This document shows positions 50,570 through 64,000 of a stretch of 64,000 bases of DNA, one piece after another (within the stretch, counting starts at the first letter, position 1; the number at the start of each line of letters is the position of its first letter). Made by a program: the position numbers and the translations under genes. Source of the stretch: Mytilus trossulus (taxonomy: Eukaryota); assembly GCF_036588685.1 (NCBI RefSeq), contig NC_086381.1, forward strand, positions 60,636,001 through 60,700,000. The letters run 5' to 3'. Under the pieces are notes generated by a model. That model did no database searches and was not told the DNA's origin. It worked only from the letters and a program-made list of their open reading frames with translations.

Positions 50570-50731
50570 ATGTCTCAGTTTGATGCTTTATTGGATTTTA
50601 ACGACACATCCTCAGGGGATGGAACAGTAAAGAAATCATCAGATTTTGATCCATTTGGACCAAGTCCAACATTGGATGCTAAAGGGAGTAGTGATGGTGA
50701 TCTTTTGGGTGATTTTGGATTTTCTGGACAG
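50570..50731 (+). CDS. Coding exon (probably the first) of a large unidentified gene: MSQFDALLDFNDTSSGDGTVKKSSDFDPFGPSPTLDAKGSSDGDLLGDFGFSGQ
   Basis: Acceptor tttcag ends at 50556; accATG; donor cag|gtaaat at 50732 (phase 0); protein-like acidic, disordered composition with DPF and DLL motifs. No downstream exon was identified in the window. Confidence 0.7.
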
Positions 50732-50880
50732 GTAAATAAAGGAAAGAATGGTCAGATTCTGATTGAGGCCGTCTCATGTGAAGCTAAGGCAAAATCAAAT
50801 ATATGTTCATTTACTAGATGTCCTAAACAAGATGACTAACCTGTCTTGATCTAACAAATTTCATACAGACTTATGTGTTA

Positions 50881-51122
50881 CAGCTAATTTCCTAATGCAT
50901 GTAGAACAAAACTTTGGTTAGCTTGCTTGCTTTGTTTGTATATTGTACAATCATTAGAATAACTCTCAATTAAATTCAAATATGATATAAACAGGTAAAA
51001 CTATGCCTATATAAATTGTTTGAAGATGTCAATCTTATTTACAAAACTTGAATAAACAGTTATACAACCAAAGCAAGCAAGCCAACCAAAGTTTTGTTTT
51101 ACATGCATTAGGAAATTAGCTG
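50881..51122. mobile_element. MITE with about 62-bp TIRs and TA TSD
   Basis: ta|cagctaatttcctaatgcatgta.aacaaaactttggtt.gcttgcttgctttg ... reverse complement ...gaaattagctg|ta. Confidence 0.85.
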
Positions 51123-54100
51123 TAAAACATATAAAAAAATCAAACATTCATTCTCAAGACTGAACACATATTTTTGTCTTGGACATGAAAACTACAAAAG
51201 AGAGATCGCTGAAAAAATACATGATACAGGCAATTTATGTGTTTACTTTTCTGCATTGGCTAATCAGGTATAGGGGGAGGGTTGAGATCTCACAAACATG
51301 TTTAACCCCGCCACATTTTGCAACTGTCCCAAGTCAGGAGCCTCTGGCCTTTGTTAGTCTTGTATTATTTTAACTTTTAGTTTCTTCTGTACAATTTGGA
51401 GTTTAGTATAGTGTTCATTATCACTGAACTAGTATACATTTGTTTAGGGGCCAGCTGAAGGATGGGTCCGAGTGCGGGAATTTCTTGTTGCATTGAAGAC
51501 CTTTTGGTGATCTTCTGCTGTTGTCTGCTCTATAGTCAGGTTGTTGTCTCTTTGGCACATTCATCATTTCCATACTCAATTTTAATTGTACATATATATG
51601 TAAATTCATAAACTAATTTGGGGATTTATTATTGCAAAGGTTTAAAGTGTGACAATAATGCCAAAAAATTGTGAAAGAAAATCTCTACTAAGATTATCAT
51701 GATTATGAATGAGAGTAGTGATTATTACTAAGGTTATAATGTCATAATGTTGCATTTTCCACCATGCAAAAATGTTGGAATTTGTGATTTTTGTGTCTTG
51801 ACCTCTACTTTAGTGAAGTATGTTATTACATATTCTGACTTATTGACGTTGCACCCACTTTTTATTTGGTCAATAAATAATTGTAACTAGTTAAAGAAGA
51901 TATCACATTGTAGGTCAAATAGACAATTTTATGTCGGAAAATTATTCAGTTTCGAGTGTCTTTCCTCCTTTAAGAGGTATATAAATCCATGTTAAAGATG
52001 TGATATTTACATAGATAGATAATTGAACCACACAGAAACATAAGAACGTATATCTTGTACTCAATTATTTACAACCTTTTATTGACTATGACCAGAAGCT
52101 GTTAAAGATGTAAGAATTTACATGTTTGGCGATAAGGGTATTGTTACTATGTGTAACCAAATGCAAAACGTCATTTTTGCAAAGATTGCAGATTTTTTTT
52201 TTCCATTGTGAATTTAAAGATATTGCTAATTTTTAAAAATAGGTCAGGATGACAATTTATGTAAAAAAAATCAGGATAAACTAAAAAAAAAGAAGCAGGA
52301 ACCGGATAGAGTGAAAAATAAAAAGGCAGGACAGAGATTACAGCTAAAAAAAAATGCAGGACAAAATTTTTCATCCTAGCCCCCCCATAAAAATCAAATG
52401 GTAGCTCCCTAATTATACATTCTGAGGACTGTTTATTGATACACACATAGGGATCAGGGATAGCAAATTTAACTTGAAACTTAAGAAATGAGTTTGTACA
52501 ATAAATTATGTTGCATACTACCAGTAGCTAAAATGTATTTAGGCCTCTAAATTTGCTTCTTTGGGTGGTTATTATCTTTGTTTCATAGCGCTTTCCTTGG
52601 GTACCAATAATGTTGGAATAGCCCTTCACAAAGTCTGGTTTATTACTAGATAAAGAATCTCCTCTAAAATTAGCACTAGACTTTAAGATAGAAAAGTTGA
52701 AACCCATTTGAAAATTCATACTTAGAATATATTTGAGACTCTGGTCTGAAGTTTGTAAAAATTGAGGCAATACATTTGGTTGGAATCTAATCCTCTTTTC
52801 CTTTTCAACGGAAATTTCCAAAAAGAGGGTCATACAGTTTTATTATCAGAAAGTAAATTCATTCTATGAAAAATTAACTCACATTTCCTAGGTGATTTTT
52901 TGAGAGGTTGTGCAGAAAATAGGGTTGAACTTTGTAATCTTCAGGCAGAGGAGTTATCTGTGCCCCCTTTATCAGAATTTGTGTTTTTGCATAAATTTTG
53001 TTCACCTAGCTCTTATCAGTGTAATTGTTAGGGTTGTACCCAACTAATCTCAAATCCTGGATCTGCTCCTGTTAGTTAAACAAGGCCCTCAAGTTTCTGA
53101 AACTCAGAAAGTCAATAGCATACTTCAAACACTGTAGAGTAATTTAAAAAAAAAAAAATACCCAAAAGTTTAGCCAAACTCAAAATGCTTATTTATCTGA
53201 CCAGATCTTAAAGCATAAATTTGAAAAAATATTAACGTTTATAAATATCAGTGCAAATAATTTACTGCACACTGCACACTATCAAACTTTTCTGCATTTA
53301 AAAATTAAGAAGGGTGTGAAATATCTTTAGGATCTGTCATAGCTTGCATTTGCATTTAATTTTCTTTGACAATAAGCTCTTATGTAAGTAAATATTTTAA
53401 GATAAGTAAAATCCACTTAAGTGCACAAAAGGAACAGACATTCAACTATTTAAAACAAATTAAATAGCTGTAAAAATAATATGATTGAAGAAACGTTAAC
53501 TAAACAGACATACACTTTTACATTTAAATTTTTATGCAAGATTACTAAAAGTTTGAATTCCTTCACCAAATTGTTTAATAATTGTTAACTTTATACTATT
53601 ATCTATTGATATTGATACACGTTATTTTAATAAATGGCGTTAAATGACAGTTTGCGATACTAAATAACATAAACAAATACTAACGTCACAGAAATAGACG
53701 GAAGGAAGTCCCCACTTAGGGCCTCTGTGTCCAAATCATCTCTGAGATTGTTGATAAGTAAATACACAAGTTACTTTACAATTTGAAGTGAGGAAAGTTA
53801 AAAAATTTGAGGGATCTTATCATTACACTTTATTTGTAAGTAAAAATAGATACGGAAATAATTAGTTTTATAAAATTCTTTGCTTTGAAAAAACTTTGCA
53901 GTTAATTGAAAAAGAAAGTGGAAACTTAGGAATTTGGGTATATAGGCTGCAATACACAACTTATTATGTGATTGTAAGAAATAGAGTGTGAATTGTTATC
54001 TTTATTGTTGAAAAGGATGCAGAATGAATAAAACGTAAACAATATGTCTTCAGTTCTGGATTTTAGGTGGGGCTGGTATTTTAATATAGATCAGTTTAAA

Positions 54101-57100
54101 TTTAACAAATTTAAAGTATATAATTTAAAGTTTCAGATTAAAAGTAGTGTGTGTTCAGCAATATTAATTTAAGTGGTTTATTACTATTTTTGCAATGTAA
54201 GTGGGTGTTTTATAGACCTGTCCAGGGCTGAGATAGAAAAGTTGAAAGTGATTGTAAAACCTTTGTACCCTTTTTTGCAGTTTACAGTCACTATAGAATT
54301 TAAATTTGAATGTTTGAAGTTTTATTCTTCTTAAATTCATGACTTGACTTTTTTTTTGTCACTTGGATATAATGAAGGCGTGAGATATATAAGTCAGCAA
54401 CCCATGGACACAAATAGGCAAAAGACCTCTCAGTATTTGAGAGGCTGTGAAAGCATGTAGAACTTTTCTTAACTAATATAGGCTCAAATGTAAATCAAAT
54501 TATTGCAGTTTTAGGATGTTATGCTTTCAAATAAGTTATGCTATTAAAATTTAGATTGCAATTTATTTTCTGTTGGTGATACCAGTATCTCTTCACAAAG
54601 TTTGCAATTATAACAACATTGCAAAAATTTCAGAATATATTAAACAGAACATGGATGATATTTGGAAAACCTTTTATTTGTTTACAAAAGTATGAGATAT
54701 ATGTCCATTTCATAAATCTATGTCCATTTCATATTGACAGTAAAAAAGAATGTTTTGACACTTACTTAATGGCAAAAAATATAAAACACTTAATGACCTC
54801 CATGCATACAATACTTCCCCACAAGAACAAAAAGAAATTTAACAGTTTGTACATTCTAGACCTATACCTATAGACTAATATACTGAAGGCCATGGACTTG
54901 ATAAATGAACATGCCAGGAGTTTTGCATAATTTGAGAATAAGAAGATGTGGTATAATCCACAAGAGGCCACAGAAATTAACAACTGTAGGTCACAGTGAC
55001 AATACTTTCTTCAACAATGAGTAAAACCCATAATGCATAGTCTGCTTTAAAAGTCCCTGAATTGACAAATCAAAAATGTATGTAAAAAAAAATCAAACGA
55101 AAAAAATATCACCCTTTTTATTTGAAATTCAGAATTCACTATTCTGGTCAAATCTTTACTTGAGAGAATTTTGTTTTATCACTTTGTACTTTTCCAGTAC
55201 ATTTAACATAAAATGTAAGTGAACATTATCTAGTTTTGTAATCTGACTTTTAATGCAAAAAATCTGTAGTTTGTAGGAAAACTATTTGTAATGGTATACA
55301 CAAATTTATTTCCATAACTATGATAATTCTGAAATAAGTGTCCAGTTACACTTAACAAAACCTGTTTTATTTTTTAAAGTCAGGTGTGACCGATTTTAAT
55401 TTTTCATCTTTTTGACGGCAGGAGATTACTTTGAGAGGATAAAAAAATTGTGACGATGAATACATATCTTTATAGCATTAAATACACATCCTTTTCAAAC
55501 TGAATATGGTTTTAAATATTTTATATTTCACAAAACAGGACTTGTAAATATATTGTATAATAGAATGATTATCATCTGACATGAGTTATCTCCCCTTTTA
55601 ATCTTAGACATCATACAGTGATTGTATTTGATGGTTTTATGATAATTAACTTATCATGCTTGAGTGATTTCTGATAATGATCAATAATTGGTACTGTCTA
55701 TTTAATCAGGGGACTGTTTGAGGAGGATTGTTTTAAAACAAATTGTATAAAAAATATTTTTTTAGATTCAAAATGCAAATGTCAAATGCACTTTAATTTA
55801 GCATGTTTAGTAGGCGAGGGAAAAAAAAATCAAAGTTCACTTTTTTCAAAATTTGATGAAATGGATTTGTGGAGGAAATATTAAAAATGTTTCACTCATA
55901 AATGTTTTAATTATATTATTTTGATCTAATTTTGTATTTCACTTTGACTTTGCCAAGATGACTAATTAACGAACAACAAAATATGACATGTCTTTTTATG
56001 GGGATGATCTTGTAAAATATAAATTTTTGGCATTGTTTCGTCAAGTAAGGTCACTTAACATCAGGTTTAGAAAGGTTTTATTAAACTTTTATTAGACATA
56101 ATTTTTTCTGAAGATTGGTTTGTCCAAAATAGAAAAATATAGTGATAAATTTGAAAATTGCATTTATTTGAACCATGTGATTTCAAAAACCCAGAGGAGA
56201 CTGCATTCAGAAATATCTCAAGATCTTACTGATTGCATCCTCTTCAAATTCAACTACGTATTTAGTGCCAATGCTAATTGCCTGTGAGTTTTCAATGATA
56301 CATTTGTGGTAAATTTTTGCCCACCCTCCTATTATAGATTGCATTTAAGTCAAACATGTTTTAGAAATAATTTCCCAGTAGAGCACCGTTTTGTTCAGAA
56401 ATTTTAGTTCAAATTCTCACTTGAAAAAAGCAAAATATTTTTAGAATGCATTCATCATTACATAATGGTTACATCCTGCAGAATGCCAAAAAAACACTCT
56501 CAAAATCTACTTCAATTTCTTTGTTAATTTCATTCTACAATGTTCTATGATAAGTAAATTTTGGCTGAATTTATGATAACAAGGATTTATTATATATATT
56601 CTTTAGTTTGGAACAAATTGTTTTAGATGTGTTTCCGATGTAAATGAAAGTGATATAATTTAATTTCCAATGACGCTCAATCAATCAACGTGTCATCTGT
56701 TTAGTAAAGCTAGAAGTTAGGCCACAGCATTCATTAGGAAATTTTCTTAGCTAAGGAGATTTTGAGGTTCTACAGTACATTTTATAGATATTTAAGTATT
56801 TTTGTGTCATAATATTTTAGTTTGAAGCAATTATTTACAGTTTAACTAGGGTTATGGAACCAAGAGCATCTTGTAAGATAATATTCTTGAAAGTTAATCA
56901 TTTATGATATGATAATAACAAATTTGATGAAAGCTTATTAGAAGCTGAATCAGTGTAATGTATACACTTGGATGATGGTTTCTTCAAGAATAAGATCTGG
57001 AAGGGGAGGGCTGTTTAGGGGCAAATATCTGACAGTTTAAAAAAACCCACATCAACAAAAGACCACTGAACAATAGGTTCCTGACTTGGGACATTGGTGC

Positions 57101-58630
57101 AAACAGTTGCAATACTATAAAAATGATTCAACAGGTACCAACCTTCACCCTAACCTGAGGTAGTGGTGTAGCATTACAATATAGGAAGAATATATGGCTA
57201 TAAAATAATTTGTGGTGATTAAATTTGTTTTGATTCAGGACTCTGGATTGTAAAAATGAAATATTTTTTTAGAAGCAAGATTATTGTTACTTATATCAAT
57301 ATCAATTGGTATTTGCATTTTAACATCTTGATGCTGCTTATAATCTATTGTTTATACTACTTGTATCCTGTATTTTTAAACCTTTTTTCCTGTCTAGAGA
57401 TGTTATTTACCTTCAACTGTTTGACAGATATGACCTTGAAAAGATCAGTGACCTTCACTAACTTAGAGATATTGGAATTTATATTACCTTACTAGCCCTG
57501 ATGGATATTACAAATATTTTAATTGAACTAAATTCTAAGTTAAATATGTCGACAATATTTTAAATGCAGTGACATTTTGAGAAAAGTAGGTAAAATTGAG
57601 AATTTGCTTAGTTTCGATAATTTGTAATTAGAAACTTTCTGAACCAGATATTTTTATGTAGAAGACCTGTTTATTGGGGTCTTAGCGTGACACGGGATTG
57701 CTGATGTTTTGTAAGCGTGACACGTGAAAGTCAAATTAGTGTGTCGTGAAAACGGGAAATGAGGTCTAGCGGGCTCCGGGAAATGATAAAAAAATGACAC
57801 TTGCTTACGTACATAGTGTAAGCGGGATACGGGAATCTGACAAAACAGTAAGCGGTATCCGGGATCAGCACCCCCAATGAGACCCCCTTTTTGCAAGTTT
57901 GAACTATTTCATAGCCATAGTATCTAAATATAAATTTATTGAACATTTGGAAGGGCAGATTTATTTGTAAATTAGATTGATGGAGAAATTCATGTATTTG
58001 ATATCTTAACATTAATCATTAGGATAAAAGAGCATTTAAGAGTGGATTCAGTTGATAGTTTGTAGATAAATGAATATGTATGATTGGTGCCAACTTTGTT
58101 TTGCTGTGGAATTTTATGTTCTGTTAATCTTTTTTTGCTTTTTATGGCTTTTATACTATGTAGTAGAACAAGGGAATTGGTTTTTTTCTGGGATATCATA
58201 TGTATCTTGGTATGTCCATTAGTCCCATTATCCCATACCACTTTTACGCTTTGCTTTCAACAAGTCCAATTTGGTTTCATCAACTTGAAACTTATTATAT
58301 ATTTTCATTTTAATGTGAAGGTTTTGAAATATATATGCAAAATAAGGTTTTTGATCCAGATTTCCTGGTTCACTAAATATATTTATGTGGAAATGGGACC
58401 AGGTTATGATGTCATATGGACAAATATTCAATGTTTTAAATACTAGGTAAAGATTGATAATTTTCTACTGAATTGAAGAAACTTCATAGCTACTTAGATA
58501 GCACGACAATGGAAGTTTTTAACCACCTTGACTGGCTATACAGCCCTTGCACTGTCAGCCTTGATGACACCAATCAATGCAGCATATATATATAAGAAAA
58601 CAGAAATGAACAATCAATCAGTTGATACAT

Positions 58631-59080
58631 GGTCCGAGACCACCATTGTCGTCCCTTGATTTTCGTTGTTTACAAATATAGTCCCTAGTGTTGACAGTGG
58701 GTTACTTGCCATTAATTTTTATACCCCTTCCAAATTTATTTCTCCATGTTCACTGCCTCAAATTGCAAGTAGGGGGATGAAATTACACTGTAAAAAAATT
58801 TGGGTCCAGAATTTTTAAGGAAAGCAGTGATTTGGTCCAGCTGAAAAAGGTTGAAAATGAGCGCTTCGGAAGCTGTCAAAAGATTTCAAGACGCCCTAAA
58901 CATAAAATTGTCCATATTTTGAGTTAGAGGCGATGAAGTTTTCTATAAATTTGATATAATTTGTCCCAAAAGTAGTACAACACACTGTAAAAGTTTCTTT
59001 AAGAAAGCGCAGGTGGGATTTTTTTATTTTCATTTATGTTCTAAAAAAAATGCCCTACGAATTAATTGTGTTCTCAGACC
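58631..59080. mobile_element. Non-autonomous DNA transposon with 4-bp TSD
   Basis: acat|ggtccgagaccac ... gtgttctcagacc|acat. Confidence 0.7.
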
Positions 59081-61932
59081 ACATGTGACAGCTTAAGTGG
59101 CACTTAACCAAACAATAGTTTTTCGTGGAAATCAACAGAAAGACTGATCCCTATTTTACAAAGAGTAGCCATTGTTTCAATTTTACATTCACAAATTCGT
59201 TTAAGTATTTTATAAAGTAAAATGTACTCCACCTTCATACATTACACTACATATCGTATATTTAGAACAATATGAAACATGTACGATATGAATTAAATAT
59301 TGTATAAAGCTCACCCAAGTACTACTTGACTTGATTGTGCTTGAACTATAAGAGGAAATCTTTAAGTAGTAAAACCCAACCGGAAACCAGTTGTTCAGAA
59401 TTGCCAAAAAATAGAGTGAATCATTGTTATGCATACATTGTAGACTTAATCTATTTGTGTCTTTAAGGATTGTGTGATATTTTTGTAGTAATTTGTGATT
59501 ATTTTTGACTTCTGTTGAGATATTTTGGATTAGTTGTGCATACCTTGAGTGCATTTCTGTGCAATTTTTTGCAAGTCTAATTTATGATGCACAGGTGCAC
59601 TTTTGAAAATCTTAATACTCGGTGCATTGCAAGTAGTGTAGTTGATGTATAGGCTCCCTAAGTTTTTATTGACTTGAGATATTTGACTTACAGCTTTAAA
59701 TTTCAAAAGATATATAGGATCTGGAGTTATAGTACAATCTTCTGAAACTGGTACCAATGATTTTAGAACAAAGTCATACCTATATATACACAGTCATAAG
59801 TTGTGCTGTGTTTGCATTTATAAGTCATCTTAATGGTGACTTTCTTGAATTATATATTTTCTGTGTAAGATGTCATGTAACTTTTTTTTAAATCCTTATT
59901 TTCAAGCCTATCTTAAACCTGTTAAAACCATTAGCAGTAGGGTATTCAAAATAAGGTGGTGTTAGAGTTCTTCAAGTAAGAACTAAGATATTTAGATATG
60001 ACCTGAACAAGCAAAGCTGTAACATCTTATTATGCGCTTCTTATCAGTTGGAACCCCCTTTTTGGAATATCATTATGCATTTCAATAGGGACATACAGTT
60101 GGAATTCCTCCTTTCTCCTTGGTTTGATGCACCCTCCCCCTCTCCAAATTTTGAAAATTACTGGATCCGCTTCTTCTATGCAGTAAAGTTTTGTTATTTT
60201 TTTCCAGTTACTATAAATTGGGGTTTCTAAAAGCACATCATAAAACATGAATATTAAATGGATATATTTAAAAAGCAAAATTTGAGGGTTCATTAAACAG
60301 TGGGGCAACTAATGCATCAATTAGCATCTGATTTTACTCTTTGTTATAAAGACAGCTTGCTTTACTTTTTTCTGTGCCAAAAATAATGAAAAAAATACCA
60401 CCATGTTACAAATGTTTACAGACAAGACACCTGGGATGATTATTTTTAATTAATGGGGAATTATTCACACAGGTGTGTTTCATGTATATCCAATACCTGT
60501 AATTAAGGTGGGATAAAAGAAAGACTTCATATAAGTGGAAACCACCAAAAAGTAATTTGCTGACATATATATATATAATAGGCTAGTTTGAATTGGTGTC
60601 TTTAAAAACTGCAAGCTTAACAAAATATAGAGGAGGGGGCTTCTGCCGGCTCACATAAAAAAAGATATGTTAGCCAACATGGACACTTAGTAGTATATTC
60701 CTGTATTTGGCATTTTAATTTGTAGTTTTCATTGTTTAGAATCTTTTAGGCCATGAAACAAGTCTACAGTTTCAAAGTCTCAGAATAGTATATATATGTA
60801 CATTTGTATATAGAAAAAAGCTCACGAGATCAAATTTCATCATAAGATCATGCGATATTTATGCCCTATAAACTATGAGAGCATTATCATTTAGGTAATT
60901 TCACAGTTTATTAACAAATGTACCAAGAAGTAGGTAAAGGTTAATATCATGCTTATCATCTTTCTGTATGAGAATCAAATCACTCAATAAGATTTTGTTT
61001 CAGGATTTTGAATGTTCAAGTATCTTAAAGTGTTATGTACTTAAAAGGAGCATAATTTGACTAAGTGTTTTAAAAATCCCACAAAAATGCTGAGAATTTT
61101 GTAAATTTATACTTCTACTGAGAGATTAGAAAATGCATACATGACTACTATGATACACACAGCTGGACAATATTCACATGATATGTTGAATCTTGAATTT
61201 TTTACAAAAATGCTATCGTTCAATACCCATAACTTTGCGTAGGTATAACAAATTTCTCATGATATAACCTTAAAATTCATTCTTTAACGTTATAACTTTT
61301 GGAACCCCAAACATTACTCTAAGGTAAAAAAACATACTTCCAAATAAGTGTCTTAAATAGGTACATGTGCAATGTGTATTACAAACTCTTATGACACGAA
61401 TTTTTGACAATTACAAGATATTATTAATAACCATTAAATGATCATATTTTATAGCTCAAGGTGTGACCACTCTGACAAGTTACATTTACTGTTAATGTCC
61501 AATTACTATGATGGAAAAGGTGACAATTTTGTCGAGACTAAAGTAACTAATGGTCTGACCTCTGTTGAGGGCAAATGAACAGTCCAAAAGACAAACTGAA
61601 ACTTTTTGTCATTTGTCTAAATATTTGATCTGTTCAAAGATTTTTCCAAGGCCTTGGACTTTTCAATTTGTTTAAATCAGTGCTTAGGGACTGTCTAAAA
61701 AGAGTTGAACTTTGTTACATGTTAACAGGACTTTTTAAGATGAAGAACAACATTAAAAAAATGTTTGTTTCTCTTTGGGTTTAATCTTATAAGTTGGAAA
61801 TTAGGTTGATGATTAAAAATCACAAAACATATTAAGATATCTCAGTGATATTTTTGCCCATCAAACTCTTTAAGATCAACAAACCTATGAATATAAAGGT
61901 GACATTTGAAGTTTAGAGTAAATTGGTAATAA

Positions 61933-62089
61933 CAGTGGCGGATCCAGAAATGTTCATAAGTGGGGGCCCACTGACTGACTTAAGAGGGGGCCCGCTCCAG
62001 TCACGCTTCAGTGATTCCCTATATAAGCAACCAATTTTTTTCCCAAAAAGGGGGGGCCTGCCCCCCCCCCCCCCCTAAATCCACCTCTG
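61933..62089. mobile_element. hAT-like MITE (older relatives at about 44853-44995, 52945-53071 and 60035-60176)
   Basis: TIR cagtggcggat / atccacctctg with G/C tracts inside; TSD not recognisable. Confidence 0.6.
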
Positions 62090-62484
62090 AATTAAAGAGT
62101 AACCCAGTGACACAAAAATATCAAAAGATATCAACGAATTTTGTATGCCTTATATATAACACTGACCAAAAATTTAGATCTATACTCGCTATCACAATCC
62201 CTTTTTGATGTCAATCCCATGCATTCAGTTATTACTATCTATTAATAATTCAATAAAATAATAAAATAGACCCTCCTCTTTCTTAATTAACAAATCCATT
62301 GTTTACAACTAGATGTTAGTCAATTCTTCCAATACACCACACATAGTGCAGAGGTAAAACCACACTTAGACAGAAGATGCATGACTAATAGAAAGGTCTT
62401 ACATTCCTTAAATAATAGTGTGTTTACAATAGCTCATTTTACAGTTTAAAGAATTTCATTCAACAAGTAAGGAAGGTGTAAAAA

Positions 62485-62499
62485 ATGGCTGAAATTATG
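62485..62499 (+). CDS. Candidate alternative first coding exon (MAEIM)
   Basis: aaaaATGg context; donor atg|gtatgt in phase 0, the same phase as the 50731 donor; CpGs are retained just downstream. Confidence 0.35.
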
Positions 62500-64000
62500 G
62501 TATGTTGCTTTTGTTTTTCTTATCGACTTTTTTCAAAGAATTGTTTCGGAGATTGCTCCGAAATTTAATTATGTAGACATTTTATGTCCTTGTTTTGTGA
62601 TGGATTGGAAATAGCGAAGATGACACATGCATATATATTATATCTCCTCAAATAGTAGATAGTTATTATCGATTGTTCTCTCCATAGTAGGTTATTATTT
62701 TGATCTGACAAAAATCCTTTTATTGAATGAAATAGATTACAGTTCTAGGCTTAGTTGTTGATACTGTAAGATTTGAGTAAGTCTGTTAATATCCTAATTT
62801 GTCAACATAGATCTCCGATATTTCACAGTTATTTTTTTGGTAGGAATGTGAAATAGTTATGAATTTTCTAAGCATTTTATTTGTTTAATGGATAAATATT
62901 TGAAGAGTATTATTTAGCCTCAATTGTTTCTTTCTTAGTACTGGGGATTTAATATTGTTTTGTATACAGTGAATTTTCCATGATTGAGGATACAGTATTT
63001 GGTATTATGTTGATATTTAGTTTGTGGTTTTGCCTTAAAAGTCTGTATACAAGCCTAAAGAGATTTGTATTGTGTTGAACAGTTATAAATATGGTTTTAC
63101 ATAGCAGACTGTGCCAAACTGTTTAAAGGTTTGTCTGACCGAAAGAGAAATTTGGACTTTTCTACTATATATTCAACCAAAATGTCTTTAAATTTCTGTC
63201 TGTTTGAATGAATTTTTGTCTGACATTTTGTTGGTTAGATAGAGTTTGGGATAAACTGATATATCCAGCAAACCAATCAAAATTGGCACCCTAGGGATGA
63301 TTATTAATCAACATTACTGTCTGAGTTCCCCCTAATTTAGTAATTCTGTATAATATAAAAAACAAGATTTCCAATGATTGCCAATGAGACAACACTCCAC
63401 AAGAGACCAAATGACACAGATATTAATAGATCTATAAGCATGATAAGTCACTGAATGTATTCAACAATGAGCAAAGGGAACGTTTACCAGTTGTCATGTT
63501 TATCATTTTAAAGCATCCAATATTATGCAGAAGTTGAATTTGTGCATCAAACAATTTAAGTTTGCTTTATACAAAACATATCTGAGTTGGATAGTTTGTA
63601 CAAATAACATGATTGTGAACATAATTCTTAAGGCTTTTACGCATTTCCAATCACAATTAGCAGTACTTCTCAGTTGCATGATGTATCCAAATGTTTATGA
63701 GGGGCGTAAAAGGGGGGGGGGGGGTAATCTGCACTGAAGAACGCGAAATAAAATTGCCATTTCACGATGAACAAACAATTAAAAATGTCATGCACGTTAA
63801 TCTTTTTACCAATTTCACAAAACACAGGGAATAACAAACTTTTTCACAGCTGCACATGAAATAAAGATGGCAAAACACGTTGCCTGAAAATAGCCCTTTA
63901 CCACCATTGTTTATATTTGTGGTCCTTTTCCCAATGTTTCCAAGAGCACTTATTGACAGACTTAAAGATACTTAAATGTGTTTAGCTGCAGAACTAGTTA

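Noticed and set aside
51700-64000. ORF-track entries of 60-120 aa in the right-hand intron
   Set aside because: Composition is typical of random AT-rich DNA or MITEs, with no exon boundaries or domain signatures.

Overview
AT-rich, intron-containing animal genomic DNA; the repeat families and gene content point to a bivalve mollusc, most likely Mytilus (inferred, not proven). It is not prokaryotic: I found no operons, CRISPR arrays, rRNA or tRNA genes. Two complete spliced genes can be rebuilt by hand with phase-consistent GT-AG introns. (1) On +, 10262-13093, 3 coding exons, 532 aa: an N-terminal DZIP3-like HEPN domain with an intact RxxxxH motif and two C-terminal hydrophobic helices. (2) On -, 17676-28514, 8 exons, 548 aa: a secreted temptin-domain protein fused to a DBH/MOXD1-type copper monooxygenase, in which the CuM ligands are kept but two of the three CuH histidines are replaced. 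A third, large + strand gene probably starts near 33 kb and runs off the window. It has one clear coding exon at 50570-50731 with DPF/DLL motifs, several candidate alternative first exons and a CpG-depleted body. The rest is repeats: decayed Penelope-like retroelements, retrozyme-like repeats carrying hammerhead ribozymes (one with a compact pseudoknot), a LINE 3' end, Helentron-type elements with internal satellites, and many MITEs. Most ORFs in the supplied track are spurious.
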